Source: Mesotaenium endlicherianum (lineage: Eukaryota). From it: a stretch of 48,339 nt of DNA. The notes beneath the pieces are model-generated. The model was not told where the DNA came from. It did no database searches and saw nothing but the letters and a program-made list of their open reading frames with translations. Made by a program: the position numbers and the translations under genes. The stretch is taken from NCBI GenBank assembly GCA_009602735.1, contig WELA01003164.1:1-48339 (forward strand), in the 5' to 3' direction. Of the stretch, positions 1 to 10,871 are shown piece by piece. Position 1 is the first letter of the stretch. The number at the start of each line of letters is the position of its first letter.

Positions 1-554
1 TCCTCCTGCTGGGACTGATACATGGTCGCCATTTGCGACTGCATCTGAACGAACAATGCTCCCAAGTCTAAACTCTGGGGTGGTAGATTAGCAAATGCAG
101 CAGCAGCATTGACATCTACTCGCTGAGTAGTGTCCTCAACAATCCCTCTCGCTCCTGCAGCAGCAATTCCTGCCGCATTCAGCCGGTCACGTATTTGACC
201 TAGGGGTACATTGAGTTGTACGGCAGGAGGTGGGTTCAGAACATTGGCCCTTGATGCCATAAGTTCTTCAACAGTGCGCTCGTCAGCTGGCTGTCCTTCC
301 CTCCTTTCTGTATCTTCAGCGGCCTTTGCTACTTGTTCAGCTTCTAGTCTGGCTCTCTCCTCCTCAGCTTGCTGAACTGCGACTGAGGCAATAGCAGCTG
401 CCTCATCTGCAGCCTCCGTAGCTGCAGTATCTGCTACTGCTTCAGAATAGGTACGGGTTCCCGCTACATGGCTTTCAGCCTGGTTTTTGACATTCTCGTT
501 ATCCTGGTTCTCCATGTCTCGGGAGTTGCTAGTTTGAGACCTTGTCCTTACCAT
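1..554 (-). CDS. gag: Ty3/Gypsy family A gag, N-terminal part (runs off the window start)
   Basis: ATG at 554 on the minus strand (MVRTRSQTSNSRDMENQDNE...), open to position 1, near-identical to the gag ORF at 46356-47861. Not in the ORF track because the window truncates it. Confidence 0.9.
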   Translation of the reverse strand, partial: MVRTRSQTSNSRDMENQDNENVKNQAESHVAGTRTYSEAVADTAATEAADEAAAIASVAVQQAEEERARLEAEQVAKAAEDTERREGQPADERTVEELMASRANVLNPPPAVQLNVPLGQIRDRLNAAGIAAAGARGIVEDTTQRVDVNAAAAFANLPPQSLDLGALFVQMQSQMATMYQSQQE

Positions 555-575
555 ACAAAGAAGACTGTGATAACT

Positions 576-587
576 GCTCCGATACCA
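576..587 (-). promoter_or_regulatory. Primer-binding site, initiator tRNA-Met type (TGGTATCGGAGC)
   Basis: GCTCCGATACCA on the + strand, 1 nt inside the LTR end and just upstream of gag. Confidence 0.9.
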
Positions 588-588
588 C

Positions 589-1308
589 TGAAATGAATCG
601 ACTTACCAAATAGGCGATTAACAATTAATAAAGATCTTTATATCAGCAAGTAATCTTTATGGTATTTTCCGTTAACTGGTTAAACGGCAAAGGACAACAC
701 ACTAGCAGTGAATAATACTCGTAAGTCAAATGCGAGTAAACTAGCATCAATAATGCAAATCAGTAAACTCATACATAAGCAAGGTTAGAAGACAGTGCGT
801 ATCAATGGCTTCTCGCCTTGGATTCAGATCTCTCTCAGTAAGCTGTACAAGAGAGTTGGCCTCGTTTCCGAATGCCGAACTCGAGAGCAATGCCTAGCAT
901 ATGTACATGGAATGAGTTTACTGTTCAACGGTCAGTGCGATGGCACCGCCTACCCGGGAGTTAACCACGTTGGTAGGACCTCGGTTAACCAAATCCACCG
1001 CCATCTCCCATCATCCCGAATCGCCATCCATCATAGGGATGTTATCTGGCCATTCATCTAGCATATCGTACTTAGGTGTATGTCAAGGCAGTTCGCTGCT
1101 ACCGAGTACGGAAGTCAGCTGGCTGTCAAAGAAGGGGTCGGCAAGCTGACTTATATGGACTTCAGCCTGCTGCTTCCGGCTGAATCATTAAACTGATAAT
1201 TACGTAAAGTCCAGCAGACTGACTACTAACTAAAGTTTAGCAGGCTGAACTTAATTAACTATTATATTTAAATGAATATTATATCTACTAATATACTGAT
1301 TCATTACA
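589..1308 (-). mobile_element. 5' LTR of family A Ty3/Gypsy element (720 bp)
   Basis: Minus strand reads TGTAATGAATC...GATTCATTTCA. Reverse complement of 45600-46321. Followed by PBS and gag. Inserted into a family B LTR; expected TSD CAAAA at 1309-1313. Confidence 0.92.
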
Positions 1309-1632
1309 CAAAAGTCAAATGTGCCATTTTTAGGTCAAAAGGACATGTGTACATTATTATAGAAAGAGGTGGCAAGTTTTGGGATGTGTTGGGTGCCAAC
1401 ACATCAACATACACCTTCCTAGAAATTACTTATTTAGCAAGTATATAAACAAGAGCTAGAACATAGAAAGACAGTCCGAAATCACTCTTGTACTTGCCAA
1501 AATCCAGAAATATATCAACTTTCAAGAAGCCATCTCTCTTTCAAGAAGCTACCACTTGTGTTCAAAGATCCTTGTCTTGAATAGATAAAGTATTATATTT
1601 CACTAAGTACTTCATCTATCTGTTTCACTACA
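1309..1632 (+). mobile_element. 3' part of a family B LTR, interrupted by the family A element
   Basis: Near-identical to 6796-7119 and ~37831-38171. Ends TTTCACTACA. No PBS follows, so it is a solo or 3' LTR. Confidence 0.9.
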
Positions 1633-1633
1633 A

Positions 1634-2354
1634 TAGTGCTGCCACCTCACATTGCAACATGGGACCTAAGACTGGATGGAGTTGGGGAGACTGCATGAGT
1701 CTGGAGACACAGAGGATAGGACCAGGGCTAGAGATTCTTTTTCTAAGGGGAAGCATGCTTATGCCAAATGGGCAAGTAAGCAGGGGGAGAAAGACATGCA
1801 TGCGATTAGGACCCAACAACCCCCACCAGCACCCAAAAGGGGGAGGTCAGTGGGAAACTCTTTTTCTCGGAAGCGGCTGGAGGAGATGACCAGAGAAACT
1901 CCGGAAATCTCAGAAGACCAGGAGGATGAAGAGGAGGAAGGCACAGGAGAGGATTCTAGCCCTTCTGAAGCACAGACCCCTGCTACATCCCCCACTCCCC
2001 AGAGGACTAGACGGTCCTTGGCACAAGCAGCTCTGCAGCATCTTGGAGATACCAGCCCACCAGGAGATCCAGAGCTTTAGTGGCTGGGAAGTTTCAGCAG
2101 GAGGAGTCCGACCCCAGGAGGTGAGACCTAGGCAGATAGGGCAGACAGGAGGGCTGCCAAGGAGGCAACCAGAGGGCAACCAGCATCCCCCTCTTATAGA
2201 GAGCATGTGCCCTTAGCCCATGCCATACAGCATCCTTCTGGTATGCCAGTGTATGTCAGTTTGAGAGCTGCCCAGGTTAGGGCTGTCTTCATCAACTTGC
2301 AGACTTTGCCAAAGGAGGCTGCCCAGTTGCTACGTTCTCCTCTCGATTCACATT
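1634..2354 (+). pseudogene. Degraded low-complexity ORF in the putative 3' internal region of an A-like LTR element (continues at 9051-9166)
   Basis: The frame of ORF 1676-2080 continues through isolated TAG/TAA stops to 2354. After removing element C plus one TSD it continues in frame as ...DSHWSEPPIFSRPPDRRRRSRSRSRS...FV* to 9166. Confidence 0.55.
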
Positions 2355-3098
2355 TGTAAGGTCATAAGTTTATGAAGTGCATTTTTGAGTTTTATGAAAG
2401 TATGTTTTGATTGTATAGTAGTGTAGAGTGCATTTTTGTGGTCATTTGGATATAAAGTTCATCGAATTTGGTCAAGTATTGAGAGAGTTATAGATTTCCG
2501 AAGTTTAATTAGTTTTGAGGTCGGCTGACGACTGTCCTTAATTCGCGGTGAGCGCGACCATCGGATTGACCGACAGCGTCGAGCGATCTGGCCCGTTAGA
2601 ATGAACTCGAACCTTCACGTAAGTTCGGCTGACGCGGAGTGCCGACTAGGTCGATTTACCTAGAAGTTTCGGTTTAGCCTAGCGCGTCAAAGATAGAATA
2701 TTCTAGTAATGTCGATGCATGTATGTGGACGTCAATTCGACCCGACACGTCAGATTAGACTGATCTGGCTTACTCACGAATATTCTGGAAGGGACAATTT
2801 GACGAACACTTGGGAAAATCCGTAGCTTCCTCCTAGAGAGGAGCACTTCGGCTGAAAATTATAAATAGGCATAACTTCTTTGTTTCTCATCAATTTTCAC
2901 TTCTGTAAATTTCTACGGGTTTGTAATGACAAGGCCTTTCATCCTGCCCCATTTGTGAGCAGTCTCTTGCCACTCAAAATGTCAAGTAATTTTCCTAAGC
3001 TTTCTTAGCAATATGCCGCTGCACTCTCTAGTATGATTGCAACTAGTTCCTTTCCTCGTGAGTTACTACGCTTCCACTAGGGCACTCTGCCCCTTTCA
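2355..3098 (+). repeat. 5' LTR, family C
   Basis: Direct repeat of 8302-9045, about 28 substitutions by manual count. TG...CA ends; TATAAAT near 2860. Confidence 0.95.
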
Positions 3099-3100
3099 TC

Positions 3101-3112
3101 TGGTATCGGAGC
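3101..3112 (+). promoter_or_regulatory. Primer-binding site TGGTATCGGAGC (iMet type)
   Basis: 2 nt downstream of the 5' LTR end. Confidence 0.92.
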
Positions 3113-3135
3113 AGGGCTAGTTTGCATATTATATT

Positions 3136-4167
3136 ATGGAGTCGCAGTCGGCAGCTGGAGGAGGCAAACATGTCGAGCATGTTGAGCGCGCGAGGCAACA
3201 GGCAGCACCAACGATGACTAGAGAGCAACAAGAGATGCAGGCGATGCTCAGGCAAATGGCAAATGCAATTGGAGGAGAAGTCTACGCCCAATTTCAACAA
3301 AATATGCGCGCGGAGGTGGAGAGGATGGTGCGAGTTGTTGTTGGGAACGCCGCTTCGACGAGTTCGGCACCTGCACCCGTTGTACCACAAATTCATGTTA
3401 ACCCAGTGGTGCAACCAATTATTCCACCAGCATCGAAAGTGCGTGCGCCTAAGCCTGTAGTTTATACTGGAGAGCGTGGATCGCCGCCTGTTCATCAGTG
3501 GATTTTTGGAGTGCAGAAGTTTATGGAGTATTCTGTGCTCACACCCGACAGGCAAGTCGCCTTTGTCATAACTTTGCTCCAAAAGAGTGCTGGAGCTTGG
3601 TATGATCAAGAAGAGCAGCTATCTAGAGTTCTTGCTATTGTTGATCCGCTATTTGAAGGCTTGAAGAGGCAGTTTCAACCTATTGCACCCGAGGCTACCG
3701 CTTGAGATCTATTGGTGCGCCTTCGCCAGCGAGGAAGCGTTCAGGAGTATGTTTCGCGCTTCAACGAGCTGGTACTTCAATGTCCATCCATGCACGAGTC
3801 GGAGATTATGGACAAGTCCAAGAGGGGACTCAAGCCAACTGTGGCCAAGGAAGTGGCACTCAAGGACCCTACCAGCCTTGGAGAAATGATGGCATTGGCG
3901 ACAAGGGTCGACGCTGTGGAGTATAGTCAGAGGCAGTGGGGCAGCCACAACTTTGGAGGATATCGACACTTTGGATCTCAAGCGCCAAGCACGAGTGTTC
4001 AAGGCCCAGTACCTATGGAGTTGGGACTTGTGCAGTACCAGCGCAGGCAGCAGAATCTCAAGCCGAGAGGACCTTGCTATAATTGCGGCAAGCTTGGACA
4101 TCTGGCTCGAGACTGTTATGTGAAGGCGAAGCAACCTCAACAACAGGGAAAAGGAGGACGTCAGTAA
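3136..4167 (+). pseudogene. gag: Family C gag with one internal stop (TGA at 3703-3705)
   Basis: ORFs 3136-3705 and 3712-4167 share a frame. Capsid motif LRQRGSVQEYVSRF, PVPMEL, and CCHC knuckle CYNCGKLGHLARDC. Confidence 0.93.
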
Positions 4168-6616
4168 ATCGTTCTGGGGTGTCTACTAGCGTGAAGACAA
4201 GAAATCACAAGGAGGTTATCCCCAGGAGCCTGCCGAGAAGCGAAAGACGAGATGTTGACAAGCCTATCATCGTGGAAGGAGTGGTCGACGGCAATAAGGC
4301 GAAGTGTATGGTCGACAGTGGCGCAAGTGCAAACTTTGTGCACAAAAAGCTGGTGAAAGAGTGGCAAATCCCTGTGCAAAAGCATTATGAGCCTAAGGAG
4401 GCAATTTTGGCGAATGGGCAGAGACTCAAGTGTGGTGCACCTACGGAAGCTATTCACGTGGAAGTAGCGGGGCACCAGAGTACTGAAGTTATGGAGCAGG
4501 CAGAGTTGGGTCACCATGAGGTGATATTGGGCCGACCATGGCTAAGAAAAGCCAACCCTCAAGTGCACTGGAGTACAGGACAAGTGAAAGTCCAAGGGCG
4601 TGATGGCCGAATGGAGACAGCGAAACAGGTGGAGGTAGATACGACCACAAGTAACTGTCTTCTGTCGAGCCTGCAAGTTAAGAAGCTATGCAGGGCGAAT
4701 CAGGTGAAGGAGATGTACCTTGTTTCGGTGGCCCTGGTCAGGTCATTAGATGGAGCAAGCGTGAATCCTAATAGCCTGGGAAAATGTACATCGCCGGAGG
4801 AGCAAGTAGTGGTGTCTGATCCCCTTGCACTGAAGGAGCAGAGCCCAACTTCTTAAGAGAAGAAGCCTGCTGAGATGCCTGCCCAAATTAAGGCGCTGTT
4901 GGAGGAGTTCAAGTGCGTATTTCCTGAGGATCTACCTGCAAGATTACCTCCACAGAGAGCTATGGAGCACAAGATTGAGTTGGAACCAGGGAGCAAGCCA
5001 CCAGTGAGACCCGCCTATCGTCAATCGTTTGCGGAGTTGGACGAGTCGAAAAAGCAACTGACGGAGTTATTGGAGAAGGAATTCATCCGACCCAGCGAGT
5101 CTCCATTTGCAGCGCCAATCTTATTTGTGAAGAAGAAGGATGGGACTATGAGGATGTGTGTCGACTACCGGGCACTCAACAAGGTCATTATCAAGAACAG
5201 GTACCCACTTCCACGAGTGGACGAGTTGAATGACAGGCTTGTCGGGGCGAAGTATTTCTCGAAGATCGATTTGAGGAGTGGCTATCACCAGGTACGGATT
5301 GCGGAAGGAGACGTTCAGAAGACTGCTTTCAGAACTCGCTATGGTTTGTTTGAGTTCACAGTTATGCCTTTTGGGTTGACTAATGCACCTGCTACATTCA
5401 TGGGACTCATGAATAGTATCTTCAGACCCTACTTGGACCAGTTTGTGGTGGTATTTTTAGACGACATCCTGATCTATTTGAAGACCTTGGAAGAGCATGT
5501 GGAGCATCTGAGAAAGGTGTTGGAGGTCTTGAGAGATCAAAAGTTATATGGGAAGATAAGCAAATTCGACTTCTGTCTCAAGGGGGTTGAGTTTCTTGGA
5601 CACATGGTGGGAGCTAANNNNNNNNNNCGAGTTTCTTGGACACATAGTGGGGGCTGAAGGAGTCAAGGTGGAGCAGAAGAAGGTGCAAGCAGTCAGAGAT
5701 TGGCCGGTGCCTTCTGATATTCATCAACTCAGGAGTTTCCTCGGCATGGCGAATTATTATTGACGTTTCATTAAAGGATTTCTCAAGGTGTGTGTACAGC
5801 TGACAGACATGTTGAAGAAGCAGGAGAAGTGGCTATGGGGTGACAAGGAGCAGCAAGCCTTCGAGAAGATTAAGGAGCTGTTGACACAGGCACCTGTGTT
5901 GGCAATTGCAAGTCCAGAGCTTCCTTTGACCATCTTCACGGATGCATCAGATTTCGCAGTGGGAGCCATTCTTCTCCAGGACCAGGGCAAAGGGTTGCAG
6001 CCTGTGGCATATGAGAGCAGGAAGTTGAGTCCTGCAGAGCAGAATTATGCAGCACACGAGCGAGAGATGTTGGCTATTATCCAGGCTTTGAGGATTTGGC
6101 GATGTTATGTGGACGGTCGGAAGGTGTTTATCAAGACCGACCACAAGAGCTTGGAGAAGTTTATGACGCAACCAACGTTGACACCAAGACAGGCAAGGTG
6201 GATGGAGTTTCTGCAACAATTCGACCACAAGATTGAGTATTCACCTGGGAAGATCAACCCTGCAGATGCTTTATCCAGAAGGTGTGACCTTGCAGCTGTT
6301 TCAGTCATCAAGGAGAGTATGGACTTCAAGGAGAAGCTTTAGAGAGGTTATGAGGAGGACCCAGAGTTTACTGATGGTGGAGCAGCTGAGTCCAACGCGA
6401 GTATGCAGAAGAAGGACGGCATATGGTATTATGGTGATTCCAACAGAGTGGTGGGACCTGACATCAAGGAGCTACGAGACTTACTACTTGCGGAGCATCA
6501 TGATTGCTTATATGCTGGACACTTTGAAAACGAGAAGACGGCAAGCGTGCTGAAGCGAAAGTATTACTGGAAAAATATGGACAAAGACATCGAGGAGTGG
6601 ATCAAGAGTTGTGATG

Positions 6617-7119
6617 TGTAGTGATTTGAGTTATTTTATATTAGTTTGCATATATTTCAATGTTTTCAAATATATTTGGAGTAGTATTGTGTGGATTCAA
6701 GTGTGAAGAGGTTCTCTAGTGACTTGGTTCATGTTCTTTGAACCTTCTAAGGCACTTTCGAAGTTAGAGGAAAGACCTAGAAGAACTCCACGTGGCAAAA
6801 GCCAAATGTGCCATTTTTAGGTCAAAAGAACATGTGTACATTATTCTAGAAAGAGGTGGCAAGTTTTGGGATGTGTTGGGTGCCAACACATCAACATACA
6901 CCTTCCTAGAAATTACTTATTTAGCAAGTATATAAACAAGAGCTAGAACATAGAAAGACATTCGAGAATCACTCTTGTACTTGCCAAAATCCAGAAATAT
7001 ATTAAATTTTAAGAAGCCATCTCTCTTTCAAGAAGCTACCACTTGTGTTCAAAGATCCTTGTCTTGAGTAGATAAAGTATTCTGTTTTACTAAGTACTTG
7101 ATCTATCTGTTTCACTACA
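6617..7119 (+). mobile_element. Solo LTR of family B (503 bp) inside the family C integrase
   Basis: TGTAGTGA...TCACTACA inverted termini. TSD TGATG at 6612-6616 and 7120-7124. Excision restores SCDACQRNK. Confidence 0.96.
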
Positions 7120-8287
7120 TGATGCGTGCCAGAGAAACAAGACACCAAATCAAAAGAAGGGAGGTATATTGCAGCCCCTGCCTATTCCAAAGTATCCTTG
7201 AGAGCAAATTGCTATGGACTTCATCACATCATTACCAGTCAGTGGTCAAGGGCACGATGCAATATGGGTTGTGTCTGACAGACTCAGCAAGATGGCTCAC
7301 TTCATTCCCATGAAAGAGACTTCTACGGTAACGGATGTGGCACGGCTATTCTTTGATCATATTTTCAGGCTACATGGGTTGCCGAAGGTGATTGTTTCAG
7401 ATCGGGATCCAAGGTTCATAAGCAACTTTTGGCGGTCATTGTTTACTTTGATGGGGACCAAGCTGAGTATGAGCACTTCCTATCATCCTCAGGTAGACGG
7501 GCAAAGTGAAAGGCTCAACAGAGCTCTGTAAGAGGTGCTCAGGAGTTTCACTATGGAGGACCCTTCAGAGTGGGACAAGAAATTGCCAGGATTGGAGTTT
7601 GCCTACAACAACAGCATGCAGGGATCGACCAAGCAGTCACCATTCGCTATGGTTCATGGGAGAGAAGTATATCATCCAGGGAACATCTTGTTGGAGAAGG
7701 CCAAGGAGACTCAAGTTCCTACTACACAAGCTTTTATGGAGCAGATGGCCAAGACTTGGGATACGGCGAAGACGTGTATTCGGAAGGCACAGGAGGAACA
7801 GGTCAAGTATGCCAACAAGCACAGGAGGGAAGTGACATACCATGTGGGTGACAAAGTACTCTTGTCAACAGAGAATCTACCTTTCACAGGCAAGAGGAAA
7901 CTGCAAGCACGGTTTACAGGTCCCTTTGTGGTGCTCAAGCAGGTGAATCCAGTGACCTACAAGTTGGAACTTCCTTTAGGCTGGCGTATACATGACGTGT
8001 TCCATGTCAGTTGTTCGCGGCCATACGTTGACCCGAATGAAGGACATCCAGGACGACTACCTACACCACCACCACCGGTCGAGATCGATGATGTATTGGA
8101 GTATGAAGTAGAGGCGATTGTCGGCGATCGACGAGTCAAGCGAGGTCAACGACTTGTTCAAGAGTATCTGGTCAAGTGGAAAGGCTACCATGCGGACGAC
8201 AACACTTGGGAGCCAGAGGCCAACTTGACTCGTTGTAAGAGTAAGTTGAGACGTTATCTGCAGAATGCGTCGAGGACGTCGCATCTT

Positions 8288-8298
8288 GAGGAGGGGGA
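8288..8298 (+). promoter_or_regulatory. Polypurine tract of family C
   Basis: GAGGAGGGGGA, 3 nt upstream of the 3' LTR. Confidence 0.85.
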
Positions 8299-8301
8299 TG
8301 A

Positions 8302-9045
8302 TGTAAGGTCATAGGTTTGTAAAGTGCATTTTTGAGTTTTACGAAAGTATATTTTGATTGTATAGTAGTGTAGAGTGCAGTTTTGTGGTCATTTTGATAT
8401 AAAGTTCATCAAATTTGGTCAAGTATTGAGAGAGTTATGGATTTCCGAAGTTTAATTAATTTTGAGGTCGGTTGACGACTGTCCTTAATTCGCGGTGAGC
8501 GCGACCGTCGGATTGACCGACAGCGTCGAGCAATCTGGCCCGTTAGAATGAACTCGAACCTTTACGTAAGTTCGGCTGACGCGGAGTGCCGACTAGGTCG
8601 ATTTACCTAGAAGTTTTGGATTAGCCTAGCGCGTCTAAGATAGATTATTCTAGTAATGTCGATGCATGTATGTGAACGTCAATTCGACCTGACACGTCAG
8701 AGTAGACTGATCTGGCTTACTCACGAATATTCTGGAAGGGACGATTTGACGAACACTTAGGAAAATCCGTAGCTTCCTCCTAAAGAGGAGCACTTAGGCA
8801 GAAAATTATAAATAGGCATAACTTCTTTGTTTCTCATCAATTTTCACTTCTGTAAATCTCTACGGGTTTGTAATGACAAGGCCTTTCATCCTGCCCCATT
8901 TGTGAGCAGTCTCTTGCCACTCAAAATGTCAAGTAATTTTCCTAAGCTTTCTTAGCAATATGCCGCTGCACTCTCTAGTATGATTGCAACTAGTTCCTTT
9001 CCTCGTGAGTTACTACGCTTCCACTAGGGCACTCTGTCCCTTTCA
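8302..9045 (+). repeat. 3' LTR, family C
   Basis: Direct repeat of 2355-3098, followed by TSD ACATT. Confidence 0.95.
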
Positions 9046-9260
9046 ACATTGGTCTGAGCCCCCAATTTTCAGTAGACCACCAGATAGGAGAAGAAGGTCT
9101 AGGTCCAGGTCCCGCTCCCTAGAGGATAAAGTCCCTGGTACTTACTTTGCTGTTGCCTTTGTTTAGAGTCAGCCTGCTTTTGTGTTGCATGTGAGTTACT
9201 TGTTACAATCAAACACTTAACAAGCGTTGACGAGTCGACAACAACTTAAGTTGGAGGTGT

Positions 9261-9993
9261 TGTAATGAATCAGTACGTTGAGTAGATATAATATTCATTT
9301 AAATGCAACAGTTAAATAAGTTCAGTCTTCTGAACTTTACTTAATATTAAGTCGGCTGGATATTTGATACTTAGTTTAATGACCCAGCCGGGAGTAGCAG
9401 GCTGAAGTCAACTCAGGTCAGCTTGCGGACTCGGGTCAGCTCCCTGACACATTCTTTGATAGTGAGCTGATTGCCGTACTCGATAGCAGCAAATTGCCTA
9501 GTCATGCATTTAAGTGTGGTGTGCGAGATGAATGGCCAGTTGACACCCTTAAGTAGATGGCGGATCAGGATGATGGGAGATGGCTATGAATTTGGTTAGC
9601 CGAGGTCCTAACGACGAGGTTAACTCTCGGGTAGGCGGTGCCATTGCACTTGCCGTTGAACAGGATACTTATTCCATGTACATATGCTAGGTATGGCCCT
9701 TGAGTTCGGCATTCGAAAACAAGGTCAACTTTCTTGTATAGCTTGCTCAGAGGTATTTGAATCCAATGCGAGAAGCCATTGATGCGAACTGTCTTCTAAC
9801 CTTGCTTATGTATGAGTTTACTGATTGCATGATTGATGCTCGTTTACTTACATTTGACTTATGAATATTGTGTACTGCTAGTGAATTGTCTTTGTTGTTA
9901 AATAAGTGAACAGAAATTACCATAAAGAATACTCGCTGATATAAAGATCTTTTATTAATTGTTAATTGCCCATTGCTAAGTCGATTTATTTCA
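9261..9993 (+). mobile_element. Diverged family A-like LTR (733 bp), probably a 3' LTR inserted in the DIRS recombinase gene
   Basis: TGTAATGAATCAGT...GATTTATTTCA, colinear with 45600-46321. Flanks GGTGT and GCTTG differ (no TSD). Upstream GTCGAC..TTAAGTTGGAGG resembles the PPT region at 45328-45364. No PBS downstream. Confidence 0.85.
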
Positions 9994-10373
9994 GCTTGGA
10001 ATAGGGGCATCTTGACGTTGCTTGGCCTAAGTAGCCTCCTGGTAGCTGCTTCCTTCATCACCTTCATCTCATCTTCCATCAGATGGTTAGGCTGCCTAAG
10101 CAGCCCGTGCACTATGGCTGTGGCAGATAAACTGAATACTGATAAAGTGACTCCAGCTGAATATAAACGTTGCATATATAACATAGCTACCTTCTGAGAT
10201 GCAAGAAGTTCCTTGAGACCCTTGCTTTTGCGCCACTCCTTGAATCTTTTCCAATATGGATTGTAAATTTTAAGTGTCACTGCGCTGACAGAGTCTAGGG
10301 CAGCCTCCATCCTTTTTCTTTGGAGAATGGCACACTCAGGGCCATTTGCTAGGATAGTCTCTGCACCCTCCAT
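9994..10373 (-). pseudogene. DIRS tyrosine recombinase, N-terminal core-binding domain only
   Basis: SAVTLKIYNPYWKRFKEW matches the S..T...Y...W..F..W pattern of DIRS YR N-termini. It ends at the KMP linker, where the LTR at 9261-9993 interrupts. Confidence 0.78.
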
Positions 10374-10391
10374 CCCTTAACATTCTAATCT

Positions 10392-10871
10392 TCACGCCAA
10401 TATAGCACACCAAGGAATACTCTTGTCACTGAAAGCATTTGAATCTGTTCCTGGGGAGAGTATAAACCTGCTATGTCCCAAGGTAATAACCTCTTTTACC
10501 TGGGGCAGCCACACATCATTGGCTGGTTGTAGAGTAGGCCACCAGTTGGCTGTCTCCCATCTAGGTAATATCAATGTGCGATTTTCTTTGCACCTCCAAG
10601 CATGAAGAGCCATGTGGGAAGGAGGGAAACAATAGTTGTTTTCTCCTCCCCATTTGCAGGCAAATGCATCTGTGTTCTCAGCCTCCCTGTAGAGAAATTT
10701 AGAGTTGAATCTTGGTAATTTTGTGTTGCTAGGGGAGGCAAATCTATCCACAGTGTGGGATCCCCATTCCCTTTCCACTCTCTGAAATGCTTCTGCTTTG
10801 AGGAAGAAGTCATCTTTCTCTTTTATCTTTGACAGATAATATGCCTCCTGGTTCTGCTCCCTTGGAGCCAC
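10392..10871 (-). pseudogene. DIRS-type DNA N6-adenine methyltransferase-like domain (C-terminal part of pol)
   Basis: VDRFAS.SNTKLPRFNS...DAF..KW...NNYCFPP...LILPRW....WWP is the characteristic DIRS1 MT motif set. Confidence 0.85.

Larger units (their letters stand above)
4146..8314 (+). pseudogene. pol: Family C pol (protease, RT, RNase H, integrase, chromodomain) with stops and a solo-LTR insertion
   Basis: MVDSGAS (protease); [25 protein letters not shown] (RT); FTDASDFAVG and HEREMLA (RNase H); HD..YAGH..C..C, MDFI, SDRDPRF, HPQVDGQSER (integrase); GPF; YEVEAI...YLVKWKGY...TWEPEANL (chromodomain). Stops at 4854, 5761, 6340 and 7529. Confidence 0.95.
2355..9045 (+). mobile_element. Full-length Ty3/Gypsy chromovirus (family C), inactivated
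   Basis: Two 744-bp LTRs (TGTAAGG...TTTCA), perfect 5-bp TSD ACATT at 2350-2354 and 9046-9050, PBS, PPT, and gag-PR-RT-RH-INT-chromodomain order. Confidence 0.97.

Noticed and set aside
795..1149. Short ORFs at 795-1061 and 940-1149 (and 45751-45969)
   Set aside because: They lie inside family A LTRs; their recurrence reflects the repeat, not coding function.
5590..5660. Frameshift and ~28-bp duplication in the family C RT
   Set aside because: The duplicated sequence flanks a 10-N gap, so it is most likely a scaffolding artefact.
9261..9993. Solo LTR interpretation
   Set aside because: The flanking 5-mers GGTGT and GCTTG do not match, and a PPT-like region precedes it.
9747..10373. 208-aa ORF as a complete recombinase
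   Set aside because: Its last ~80 codons (9747-9993) are antisense LTR sequence, so the ORF is a chimera created by the insertion.
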